From IMG/VR virus record IMGVR_UViG_3300047323_000428, positions 1 through 21,207 of that record: a DNA stretch of 21,207 nucleotides; one strand, given 5' to 3'. The notes below the pieces were generated by a model. It had not been told where the DNA came from and ran no database searches. It saw only the letters and a program-made list of their open reading frames with translations. Below, piece after piece: positions 13,901-20,376 of this stretch. The position numbers and the translations under genes were made by a program. Numbering within the stretch: position 1 is the first letter of the stretch; each line of letters starts with the position of its first letter. Origin of the DNA: a virus (Duplodnaviria > Heunggongvirae > Uroviricota > Caudoviricetes).

Positions 13901-15739
13901 GATCGACTGCGCGCGCTCATCGTTGACGTCCGCCCCTTCGTAATACTTCTGCTGGTTCTGCTTCTTTTGCGTGAAGGCGAGAAGCTGCGAGTAATGGTCC
14001 TGCAGCCACTTCACCGGGTTCGCCATCGCCAGGTCAGCGTCGATCAGGCCCGCGTGCTTGGCCTGCTGCTTCATCTGGCGCGGATCGTTAGACGTCACGG
14101 CGCCCGTATTGAGCAGCCCCGAGTCCAGGAAGATTTGCGTGGCCTGGTCGGTCATCTGCTTGCCCAGCGCGTATTGCTGGAACATTTTGAAGGACGTGCC
14201 CACGCGCGACACACCCGCGCCACCGCCGCCCATGCCGCCGCCCATCGTCTTGTTCTGGTCGACGATGCTCATGAGGTTGATGAGGCCGTCATCGGACAGG
14301 CGCGAAGCGCCCGTGCCCATCATGCGCAGGACGTTTTCCATGTCCTGCATCGTGACCTTGCCGCCGGTGGCCGTGCTGATCTTCTGCACGAGGTCCATCG
14401 TGCCCTTGGCCGCCGCCGGGTCATACACCTGCTGGCGCGTCTCCACCACCCCGTAGAGGTTGCGGATCGTGTTCTGCATGTCGCCGTGCGAGTAGCCGAG
14501 CGTTTGCAGGTTGTTGGCCGCGCGCACCGCCGTTTGCAGCGTCGCGTCGATGATCTGCTGGTTGTTCGAGCCCACCGAGCCGATCGCAGCCATGCGCGCT
14601 TTGACGGCGTCGAGTTGCGAGAGGAAGGCGTTGGTCTTCGTGAGGTCGAACGCCTTGCTCATGAACTCCTGGTTCTGCTGGTCGCTCATGCCAAGCGAGT
14701 GCAGGCCCACCTGGGCCGTTTGCATCTGCGCGGCGTCGTCAATGCTGCCCCGGATGCCCTTCTCGATCTTCATGCCGGCCCATACGCCCGCCATCGCTTT
14801 GAGCGAGTCGGTGAGCATGTCGGCCTGGCCGCGCACGTTGGTGAAGTTCTGCCCCGCGTTGCGCGTCGCAATTGCCTGCGCGTTCGTGGCGGCGGTGTTG
14901 GCAGAGGTTGCGCGCGTGAGCGCGTCAGTGGAAAGGGTGTTCTTGTCGGTGGCGGCCGCCAGCGTGCGGTTAGCCGTGACGAGCGACGTGACCGTGCCAG
15001 CGAGCGTCGAGACGGCCTTTTCCAGCCGCGTCATCGCGTTGGCAAGCGCGGTGTTGCTCGTGTTGGCCTTGCCTGCGGCCGTGCCCTGTGCGTTGGTGCC
15101 CTTGGCGGCTGCGTTGGCGCTGTTGCCGAGCTGTGCGTTGGCGAGCGCCGCACGCATTGCGGCATTGGGCGTCGAAAGGAGCGCCGCGGTCGCCTTGCCT
15201 GCGGAGGCAGCGACACCGTTGTTGGCCGCGTTGACCTGGGCGCCGGCGGTCTGTGCTGCAGCGCCCGCTTGTTGCAGCCCCTCACGCGCGCGAAGGAGCG
15301 CGGGGACCGACTTGTCAAAATTTGCCGCAAGCGTGCCGGCCGCGGCTGCCGTTTGCTCGATGCCCTTGTTCGAGGCGGCCGCAGCTTCCCCGACCGCACC
15401 GATGTTCTTGCCTGCCTTCGCGGCGATATCGCCCGCTTGCTGCAGGCCGCCGGCGAGTGCGCTCATCGACTGAGCGACCGCCTGCACCGACTTTTGGACG
15501 GGGTTGATTTCGGCGTTCGCGTTCTTGAAGCCCGAGGCGAAGTCCGAGAGCTTGCCGGCGATCTGCTCCATCGTCTTCGCAGCCGATGCGAGCGGCGCAT
15601 CAACGTTCTTGGCGGAGCTGGCGAGATCCTTCAGGCCCGTATTGAGCGCATCGGACGTGCTCTTTGCCTGCTTGGTCTTCAGCGTGAAGCCGCTGTCGTC
15701 CAGGGTCAGTGTTACTTTAATCTCGCCACCAATCGCCAT
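10919..15739 (-). CDS. Tape measure protein, 1606 aa
   Basis: Long Ala-rich helical protein after the chaperone genes. N-terminus MAIGGEIKVTLTLDDSGF, hydrophobic mid-section at about 13290-13590, C-terminal FADGG...YANGG...GEG..NEAYVPL motif. RBS GAAGGTG. Confidence 0.95.
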   Translation of the reverse strand: MAIGGEIKVTLTLDDSGFTLKTKQAKSTSDALNTGLKDLASSAKNVDAPLASAAKTMEQIAGKLSDFASGFKNANAEINPVQKSVQAVAQSMSALAGGLQQAGDIAAKAGKNIGAVGEAAAASNKGIEQTAAAAGTLAANFDKSVPALLRAREGLQQAGAAAQTAGAQVNAANNGVAASAGKATAALLSTPNAAMRAALANAQLGNSANAAAKGTNAQGTAAGKANTSNTALANAMTRLEKAVSTLAGTVTSLVTANRTLAAATDKNTLSTDALTRATSANTAATNAQAIATRNAGQNFTNVRGQADMLTDSLKAMAGVWAGMKIEKGIRGSIDDAAQMQTAQVGLHSLGMSDQQNQEFMSKAFDLTKTNAFLSQLDAVKARMAAIGSVGSNNQQIIDATLQTAVRAANNLQTLGYSHGDMQNTIRNLYGVVETRQQVYDPAAAKGTMDLVQKISTATGGKVTMQDMENVLRMMGTGASRLSDDGLINLMSIVDQNKTMGGGMGGGGAGVSRVGTSFKMFQQYALGKQMTDQATQIFLDSGLLNTGAVTSNDPRQMKQQAKHAGLIDADLAMANPVKWLQDHYSQLLAFTQKKQNQQKYYEGADVNDERAQSIAIARLLAALGIQTTAATAMSQSIDPHSAQRINEQREFVKQNKGVDAVNDEVMKNYDGAVQGFKASVKDLGIIIGNSVLPQVTKLVGYMRDFLVAAREFAQNNPMVTQLSVIGAAVGGAVLAIRGFLSITGTIGGVFKALGAGLGGMGAGAATAAASTTAATATMGGAFAGLVARVGAFVAETGALFMRAIPYVGWLLVAWDLAGIIGNLEVGGHKVSDWFVHWFDSILLNAGTFWTDMKKIFSDIASWKFDPKQWSGVVGQMVAGEAAAGNDSGKIHAKVNKDGSWWDGVKKAFTGGTGATFEDAKAQAAERERLFNGGYSVRGDAGQMGPQRPVNVQHAPAAAELGDADPAIKNALTSGGHKTREFEDPFVKFIEQLKAKGSKLSSDIDALLTRQPKGMEALRRDATEDFTAKWLGGDFDKAHDPRNRKWKKADGSLDTNNADVKAAIDQIAKDKELEEQKKALVFANERLASTENDLQAAQEAAADDGAAKQTREMRALERELARAEERLGTGTKAWAEWTKRKDQALANRAGADLLNFSSKFKQSDAETMQNLLPFASQRTTAKFDSQTSKDLAQYSLDMKTQQDASAAAIAAETDPQKRADMQKQATALQLQAEQEFNQHLAVVAAERKRLLESPMDGLVRSWQDTYAQMQQAEASWATNAIDMIMEFVKTGKLNIGKLAESMALDVLKIKLQETFSTPLKAGLDALTSGINKLVFPNASTAAGQASTASDITGAGSAAYAFAMPAATQQATDALKSFTQQGVGQATAAMGQQVTGLATATTTQATTTSALGSLATAAYGAASALAAVGGGSGLGGLGSSLGGLFGASNTGSAAGYSFTMPNSSSISGSGALFGTSAGMGLGAFADGGIMTSRGVAQLRKYANGGIANSPQLALYGEGSMNEAYVPLPDGRSIPVTIKTDGTAASGDGAASSGSTPTITVNVINQTGQSVGAQQQGSTRFDGKQMILDVVLTSAQSPGSFRDGLRSAMK

Positions 15740-15740
15740 A

Positions 15741-16459
15741 TCACACCTTCGAGCCTATCGTTTGTTCAGCCATAGATTTCAATGACGCAAAGCCCTCCAC
15801 GTCCCGCTGCTCGTCCTGCCGTTTGACGACTTCCGCACTCATCTTGGCGACGTTGCCGACTTCGATAATCAGATTCTTTCGATAGTCGGAAACCACCGGC
15901 CCTTCCTGCTGAGCGACCGCGGCGATGGTGAGCGCGCGCATGTCTTTCTGGGCCGAGATTCGATCGACGCTTTCGTGGAACAACCAGAAGCGGCGCATCG
16001 TCATGCCAAGGAGCTTTTCGTCGTCGTAGTGGTAGAAGTGCGCGACCCGGCAAAAGAGGAACCCGAAGTCCAGTTCCTCTAATGCCGGCTTGCTCAGTTT
16101 CCCGAGGGTTGCTCCGCGTCGGCCGCAGCCGCTTGTTCCTTCTGCTGCTCAACTGCCTGTTCGACCTTCTCGTCGTCCTCGCCCTTGATGAAGGCGGTGA
16201 TCTTGTTGAGCGTCTCCACCGAGCAGCCCATCAGGAGCTTCTTGGGTGCATCGGGGATCGAGCGCACGATCATGTCGACCGCTGCCTCGACGTGGTCAGC
16301 CACCGTTGCTTCTTGGTTGGCGACGAGCTTTTGCGCGATGCGCGAGGTTTCGATGAAGTTGGCGACGGTCATCGCGGGAACCTTGTAGGTCTTCCCGCCG
16401 AGCACCAGTTCGCGTTGTTCCTGCTCGCCCAGGGCGTCCAGGTTCAGAATCTTGGTCAT
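15741..16459 (-). CDS. Tail assembly chaperone G-T fusion (about 239 aa) produced by -1 frameshift
   Basis: The -1 frame is open from the slippery site through KLSKPALEELDFGFLFCRVAHFYHY...MTMRRFWLF to TGA at 15741. The track's 87-aa ORF (15741..16004) is the C-terminal part of this frame. Confidence 0.85.
16094..16459 (-). CDS. Tail assembly chaperone (gpG-like), 121 aa
   Basis: MTKILNLDAL...LVLGGKTYKVPAMTV. RBS AGGAG. Lies between the major tail and tape measure genes. Confidence 0.9.
   Translation of the reverse strand: MTKILNLDALGEQEQRELVLGGKTYKVPAMTVANFIETSRIAQKLVANQEATVADHVEAAVDMIVRSIPDAPKKLLMGCSVETLNKITAFIKGEDDEKVEQAVEQQKEQAAAADAEQPSGN
16097..16103 (-). other. Programmed -1 ribosomal frameshift heptamer G GGA AAC
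   Basis: X XXY YYZ in the correct phase immediately before the chaperone stop (TCG GGA AAC TGA). Analogous to lambda G/T GGGAAAG. Confidence 0.88.
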
Positions 16460-16477
16460 TGCTTTGCTCCTGTAGAC

Positions 16478-16500
16478 AGCCCCGCCATCGAGGCGGGGCT
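16478..16500. terminator. GC-rich hairpin AGCCCCGCC-ATCGA-GGCGGGGCT (terminator-like, no U-tract)
   Basis: 9-bp perfect stem downstream of the major tail gene and just upstream of the chaperone RBS. It lacks a poly-U on the coding strand, so it may be a pause, attenuation or mRNA-stability element. Confidence 0.45.
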
Positions 16501-16510
16501 TGGGTATGAT

Positions 16511-16532
16511 GGATAGTCATTTTTGACTATCC
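16511..16532. promoter_or_regulatory. AGTCA-N4-TGACT palindrome, copy 4 (GGATAGTCA-TTTT-TGACTATCC)
   Basis: 9-bp perfect arms, intergenic, 12 bp after the major tail stop. Confidence 0.8.
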
Positions 16533-16544
16533 TCCTAGTGACGC

Positions 16545-17066
16545 TTACGGCGTGACCGGGGCGACGCCGACGCTGAACAGCTTCTTCGTGACCGGATCGG
16601 GGTAGCCCGTGAAGTCCACGCTGTAGAGGCGTTCCTTCTCGACGTCATACGAGAAGTCGAGCGCGCCCGAGGTTGCGGCCAGCGGAATCACGAAGTCTTC
16701 CGAGTAGTCGTTGGCCGGCTTCGACACCGGGTGCAGACGCAGCTCCTTGGCGATCGAGAGCAAGTCCACGCCGATACCCACGCCCACGTCGACGCTCTTT
16801 TCGCCGCCCGCACCCGTGACGAGCGTGGCGCCCGGCATGATTGCGACCAGATTTTCCAGCGTCGTTTCCGCCAGCGGCACCTTCACCGACACGTCACGGC
16901 TCATGATGAGTTCGTTGACGGTGGTTTTGCCGAACTGGTCGATGTTGACCTTGTGCGTGTCGGTCTTCACCGACACCTGCACGCCACCCTGCGTGTAGCC
17001 GAGGTCTTTGCCATCGTAAGAGATGGTGCAGACGCCCAGCTTCACGTTTTTAGTATCGCTTGCCAT
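16545..17066 (-). CDS. Major tail (tube) protein, 173 aa
   Basis: KNVKLGVCTISYDGKDLGYTQGGVQV...VKVPLAETTLENL...LRLHP...YSVDFTGYPD. Strong RBS AAAGGAG. Directly precedes the chaperone and tape measure genes. Confidence 0.9.
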   Translation of the reverse strand: MASDTKNVKLGVCTISYDGKDLGYTQGGVQVSVKTDTHKVNIDQFGKTTVNELIMSRDVSVKVPLAETTLENLVAIMPGATLVTGAGGEKSVDVGVGIGVDLLSIAKELRLHPVSKPANDYSEDFVIPLAATSGALDFSYDVEKERLYSVDFTGYPDPVTKKLFSVGVAPVTP

Positions 17067-17091
17067 TCAAACTCCTTTGCAAAGAGGTTTT

Positions 17092-17111
17092 AACAGTCAT
17101 TTTTGACTGTT
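17092..17111. promoter_or_regulatory. AGTCA-N4-TGACT palindrome, copy 5 (AACAGTCA-TTTT-TGACTGTT)
   Basis: 8-bp perfect arms, intergenic, upstream of the major tail gene. Confidence 0.8.
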
Positions 17112-17115
17112 GCCG

Positions 17116-17144
17116 AATATACCACAGTGGACCTGTGGAGTCAC
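17116..17144 (-). promoter_or_regulatory. Candidate sigma70 promoter GTGACT-17 bp-TATATT (with TGn extension) for the major tail gene
   Basis: -35-like GTGACT (17144-17139), 17-bp spacer, TGG-TATATT (17124-17116). The predicted start site falls at the edge of palindrome copy 5. Confidence 0.5.
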
Positions 17145-17614
17145 GAGATTGAGAGGCGCACGGCGGCTGCCACCGCCTCCATCACGTGTCTTTCTGCGTC
17201 CTTGGCCGCGCGCGTCATGTAGCCGCCGCCAACGACATTGCGACCGCCATCCTTTTCTTCGGAAAGCGGCCCGCGTTTCTTGGGCCCGCCCGTGGGCTCC
17301 ATGTGCTCATGCACTTCGTAGGCGTAGTCGCCCACCGTCTTGCCCGGCCGCTCGGGAACCGGCATCGACTGGTCGACATACACCTCCATGCCCTTTCGCG
17401 CGAACTGGCCGAGTTCATTGCGACCGCCGCCCGTCTCGCGCACCTTGATCGCTTTTTCGAGGTTGCCCTCATCCACCGGCGCATACTCGCGGGCGTATTC
17501 CGCAACCGTCTCGGCTTCCTTGCGCATGGCGACAATCGCGCCCGCGACCGCTTTCACGCCGACCTGCTCGAGCGCCACCGTCAGGTTTTCCAGACCGATG
17601 ATTTCGACTGCCAT
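17141..17614 (-). CDS. HK97 gp10-like tail completion (neck) protein, 157 aa
   Basis: AREYAPVDEGNLEKAI, YAYEVHE and GGGYMTRAA are the APVD.G.L, YA..VHE and YL.RA hallmarks of this family. TGATG coupling with the upstream gene. Confidence 0.85.
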   Translation of the reverse strand: MAVEIIGLENLTVALEQVGVKAVAGAIVAMRKEAETVAEYAREYAPVDEGNLEKAIKVRETGGGRNELGQFARKGMEVYVDQSMPVPERPGKTVGDYAYEVHEHMEPTGGPKKRGPLSEEKDGGRNVVGGGYMTRAAKDAERHVMEAVAAAVRLSIS

Positions 17615-18015
17615 CAGATCACCTCCTGCACGAAGCAGACGTCCAGGTAGACGTTGAACTCGATGAGGCTGCCGCCGGTGAGCGGAAAGACCGCCGGCAG
17701 TGCTTCGGGCCGGCAGTGGTTGAAGGTCATTCGCGTCGCGCCGTCCTCCAGCACCGTGCCGGGATCGAGCGTGAGCGCCGCGAGCGTCTTGTCCATCAGC
17801 GCGCTCGCCTTCAGATACGTGGCTTCCCGTGCGATCACCTGCACGCGCGTCCTGTAGTAGCCCGGCAGTTCGTAGTCGACCTTTGTGCCGTTGATATCGT
17901 TGCGCACGAGCACGGCCGAAGTCGCCCCCGCGGGGAACATATAGGCGAAGAGATTGGTGCCCATCTTGCCGACGCCCTGTTCGACAAGCCGTTGCACCAG
18001 CGGCAGCACGTTCAT
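17614..18015 (-). CDS. Tail terminator protein, 133 aa
   Basis: G.NLF...FP, RVQVIAR...Y..A..LMD..L..L, terminal F.V.L. Size and pattern fit tail terminator ('minor capsid 3'-type) proteins. Confidence 0.75.
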   Translation of the reverse strand: MNVLPLVQRLVEQGVGKMGTNLFAYMFPAGATSAVLVRNDINGTKVDYELPGYYRTRVQVIAREATYLKASALMDKTLAALTLDPGTVLEDGATRMTFNHCRPEALPAVFPLTGGSLIEFNVYLDVCFVQEVI

Positions 18016-18360
18016 TTATGCACTCCAGTGAATGACGGACGCCTCGATGTGATCGAGCCGGCCGGTGAGGTCAAAGCGCTGCGTGAGCGCGGCGATTTTC
18101 ACGCGCTGGCTGGCAACCGTTGCCACCGTGTCGATGAGCGCGGCCGTCTTGGGCGAGAGCAGGATCATGCCGTCGGCCTCGAGCTCGAAGGCGCCGCCGT
18201 GCGAGGCCGTCTCGACGGTGGACACGGGCGTCTTGGTTGAGCGCGTGGTGAGCGACACCACACTGCAGCGCTCGCGCACCAGCAGCGGCGTCTTGGGTTG
18301 CCCGTAGACGTCCGTGCCGGTGGCGATCTCCAGCAGGATCGGCAGAGTCGGATTAAACAT
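18016..18360 (-). CDS. Head closure (stopper) protein, 114 aa
   Basis: TDVYGQP near the N-terminus, beta-rich, C-terminal RFDLTGRLDHIEA. Located in the neck module. Confidence 0.72.
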   Translation of the reverse strand: MFNPTLPILLEIATGTDVYGQPKTPLLVRERCSVVSLTTRSTKTPVSTVETASHGGAFELEADGMILLSPKTAALIDTVATVASQRVKIAALTQRFDLTGRLDHIEASVIHWSA

Positions 18361-18979
18361 GCGCCTCCAGGCGGGTGTTGGGGTGAAAAAGGCGGCCGCG
18401 CTGCTCGGGCAGATCCTTGAGCAGCACGCGCTGGGCGTCGCCGTCGGGCGTCACGACCTGAATCGCGTCATACCCCAGGCGCACCGCTTCGGCGACCGCC
18501 GCATCTACGGCCGTTTGCACGGCGAACTGGCGCACGGTGGTTTTCACGATCGTCTCGGCGGGGAACTTGCGCCCGAGCGAGTCTTGCGCCTTGAACTCGA
18601 CGCCGCCGATCTTCTGCTGCACGAGCTGGCCCATGCCGCCGCTGGCGCCTTTCACGAGCGAGGCCACGCCGGTCTGTCCGACGCGCATCGCCCGCAGGAC
18701 GCCCTTGATGTTCTGCGCGAGCGTCACCTTCAAGGCATCGAGCGCGTAACCGACGCGAGACGCGTCCGCGCCCTGCTCGCTCGCGTAGCTCGTCATCTCG
18801 TCTTCGGCGCGCGTGAGAAACGCGTGCGCAAGCCGGTGCGCTTCCCTTTCCGCGCTCTTCAGTGCAGCGGGCGAGAGTTGCGCGCCCGGTGCGACTGCAG
18901 CGAGGTAGATGCCCTTAAAGGCGAAGATCAGCGCTTCGTAATCCGCGCCGATCCGGTGGGTGAGGTCGTCGTAGATCAT
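18353..18979 (-). CDS. Hypothetical neck-region protein with minor-capsid/MuF-like C-terminus, 208 aa
   Basis: ATGA overlap with the adaptor stop supports the MIYDDL start at 18979. F..QDSLGRKF...VKT..R and LFHPNTR resemble minor capsid D..GR.W and HPNCR motifs. Confidence 0.6.
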   Translation of the reverse strand: MIYDDLTHRIGADYEALIFAFKGIYLAAVAPGAQLSPAALKSAEREAHRLAHAFLTRAEDEMTSYASEQGADASRVGYALDALKVTLAQNIKGVLRAMRVGQTGVASLVKGASGGMGQLVQQKIGGVEFKAQDSLGRKFPAETIVKTTVRQFAVQTAVDAAVAEAVRLGYDAIQVVTPDGDAQRVLLKDLPEQRGRLFHPNTRLEAHV

Positions 18980-19848
18980 GTCCGGGCGAGGCGCTTGTTC
19001 ATCTGCACGAAGTAGGACACATAGGAGAGCGCGCGCTTGCAGCACGGCAGATCCAGCGGCTTCGTCGAGCGATAGCTCTGGTGCGTCTGCCCCACCGTGT
19101 CGGAGGTGATGCCCGCCAGGCGCTTGTCGCCCATCGGGTCGCCCGTGAGGATGAAGTCGGCTTCCGCGACCTGAGCCTTTCGCAGCGCGCCCTTGAACCG
19201 CTCCGGCAGCGCATTGAACTGCTCGGCGGAGAGGAGCTCCAGATTGCCGTCGAACATGAAAAGCCCGTTCGTGGCGACATACTTGGACTGGTAGACACCT
19301 TCGGGCACGAAGTTCAGGCTGTCCTGGCCGAAGTTGATGTTGGAATTGAGCAGGTAGTAGGAGAGCTTCACGAGGTGCCAGCGTGCCTCGATCATGGCCG
19401 CATACCGCTCCTCGTCGGCTGCCGCATCCCAGCCAGGCGTGCCCGGAATCTCGGCGGCCATCAACTGCGCCTGAGCGTAGGTCTGGAAGCTGTTCACGCC
19501 GGGGATGAGCACCGAAACGGGCTCAAGGCCATAGGCGTAGGTGAGCACCACCTGGTTGCCGCTCTCCAGCGTGAGGTGCAGCTCCAGCAGGCGCGCGGCG
19601 CGTGTGGGGATCGTGTGGACGTCCATATCGGCCTGGCTGTGCCCGGCGATCTGGTTCAAACTCGCCGGCACCACGATCTGGGCTTCTTTGGTGCCCATCG
19701 TGAATCCTTCCAGCCGCGTGCTTGCCTGCAGTTCGGCGTTGTTCTCGTCGAGGATGCGGTAGTCGATCGCATCGACGTCCAGGGAGACGCCCTTTGCGAC
19801 CAGTGGAATCACGCACTCGACCGTGGTGCCTGCGAGAAAGAAGTCCAT
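18976..19848 (-). CDS. Head-tail adaptor/connector with an extra N-terminal beta domain, 290 aa
   Basis: The C-terminal half (NSFQTYAQA, AMIEARWHL, KAQVAEA, GITSDTVG, ALSYVSYF) resembles DnaT-like/gp15-type adaptors. Position follows the capsid genes. Confidence 0.7.
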   Translation of the reverse strand: MDFFLAGTTVECVIPLVAKGVSLDVDAIDYRILDENNAELQASTRLEGFTMGTKEAQIVVPASLNQIAGHSQADMDVHTIPTRAARLLELHLTLESGNQVVLTYAYGLEPVSVLIPGVNSFQTYAQAQLMAAEIPGTPGWDAAADEERYAAMIEARWHLVKLSYYLLNSNINFGQDSLNFVPEGVYQSKYVATNGLFMFDGNLELLSAEQFNALPERFKGALRKAQVAEADFILTGDPMGDKRLAGITSDTVGQTHQSYRSTKPLDLPCCKRALSYVSYFVQMNKRLART

Positions 19849-19851
19849 GCG

Positions 19852-20295
19852 TTACTCGCTCGCCTCGTCGAATGCGCCGCCCGTGGCCTTCACGATCGCA
19901 TCGATCAGGCTGCGAATCGAGTTGCCCTTGATGCCCATCGTCTCGGCAATCTCACGCAAGCCGCCGATGCCCTTTTCGTCGGCGATCTGGGCGAGGTCCG
20001 CTTCGTTGTAGACAACAGCAGCGACAGCGGCCGGTGCCGGTGCGGCTTGAACCGGGGCTTGCTCGGTCACGACCGTGGTGGCCGAAGTCGAGACGGCCGG
20101 CATGTGCATCGAGTCCAGAAGGAACTGCGAGACGCTCGGGTTGGTGCCGTCTTCGTATTCGCAGCGATAGACCGCGGCGATGCGGCACGCGTCCTTGTGC
20201 GAGACGTCAGCGGTCGAGACGCCGTCAACGAAGAACACTGCGCCCATTTGCGCGGTGTAGTGCTGCATGCCAGGGTCGAGAAGTCGAAGTTTCAT
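19852..20295 (-). CDS. Hypothetical post-capsid protein, 147 aa, with a C-terminal small helical (HeH/Rho-N-like) module
   Basis: The MKLRLLDPG start has RBS AAAGGA and lies downstream of the terminator, so it is preferred to 20358. Ala/Pro linker, then ADLAQIADEKGIGGLREIAETMGIKGNSIRSLIDAIVK. Confidence 0.75.
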   Translation of the reverse strand: MKLRLLDPGMQHYTAQMGAVFFVDGVSTADVSHKDACRIAAVYRCEYEDGTNPSVSQFLLDSMHMPAVSTSATTVVTEQAPVQAAPAPAAVAAVVYNEADLAQIADEKGIGGLREIAETMGIKGNSIRSLIDAIVKATGGAFDEASE

Positions 20296-20317
20296 TGCCT
20301 TGAATTCCTTTGATGTG

Positions 20318-20345
20318 AAAAAGGGCGGGCACATGGCCCGCCCTT
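20318..20345 (-). terminator. Rho-independent terminator after the major capsid gene
   Basis: AAGGGCGGGC-CATGT-GCCCGCCC followed by TTTTT on the coding strand. Confidence 0.8.
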
Positions 20346-20349
20346 CTAT

Positions 20350-20369
20350 CTTAGTCATTTTTGACTAAG
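20350..20369. promoter_or_regulatory. AGTCA-N4-TGACT palindrome, copy 6 (CTTAGTCA-TTTT-TGACTAAG)
   Basis: 8-bp perfect arms between the capsid stop (20377) and the terminator. Confidence 0.8.
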
Positions 20370-20376
20370 GCGTCGC

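Noticed and set aside
10919-15739. Lytic transglycosylase or peptidase domain in the tape measure protein
   Set aside because: No recognisable catalytic motif found by eye. A profile search would be needed to exclude it.
11942-15775. 1277-aa plus-strand ORF
   Set aside because: Antisense shadow of the tape measure gene, with no RBS or recognisable motifs.
15766-16152. 128-aa minus-strand ORF overlapping the chaperone genes
   Set aside because: Wrong frame for the -1 product and low-complexity Arg-rich. The 15741 frame explains the region.
16505-16510. Plus-strand TATGAT next to palindrome copy 4 as an antisense promoter
   Set aside because: No -35 element and no TGn extension, so it is too weak to call.
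17075-17084. 10-bp palindrome CTTTGCAAAG overlapping the major tail RBS
   Set aside because: Single short occurrence with no loop, so it cannot form a stable hairpin and could arise by chance.
20296-20358. 21-aa N-terminal extension of the post-capsid protein in the ORF track
   Set aside because: It starts inside the palindrome without an RBS and crosses the terminator. The ATG at 20295 has a good RBS. Kept only as a speculative uORF observation.
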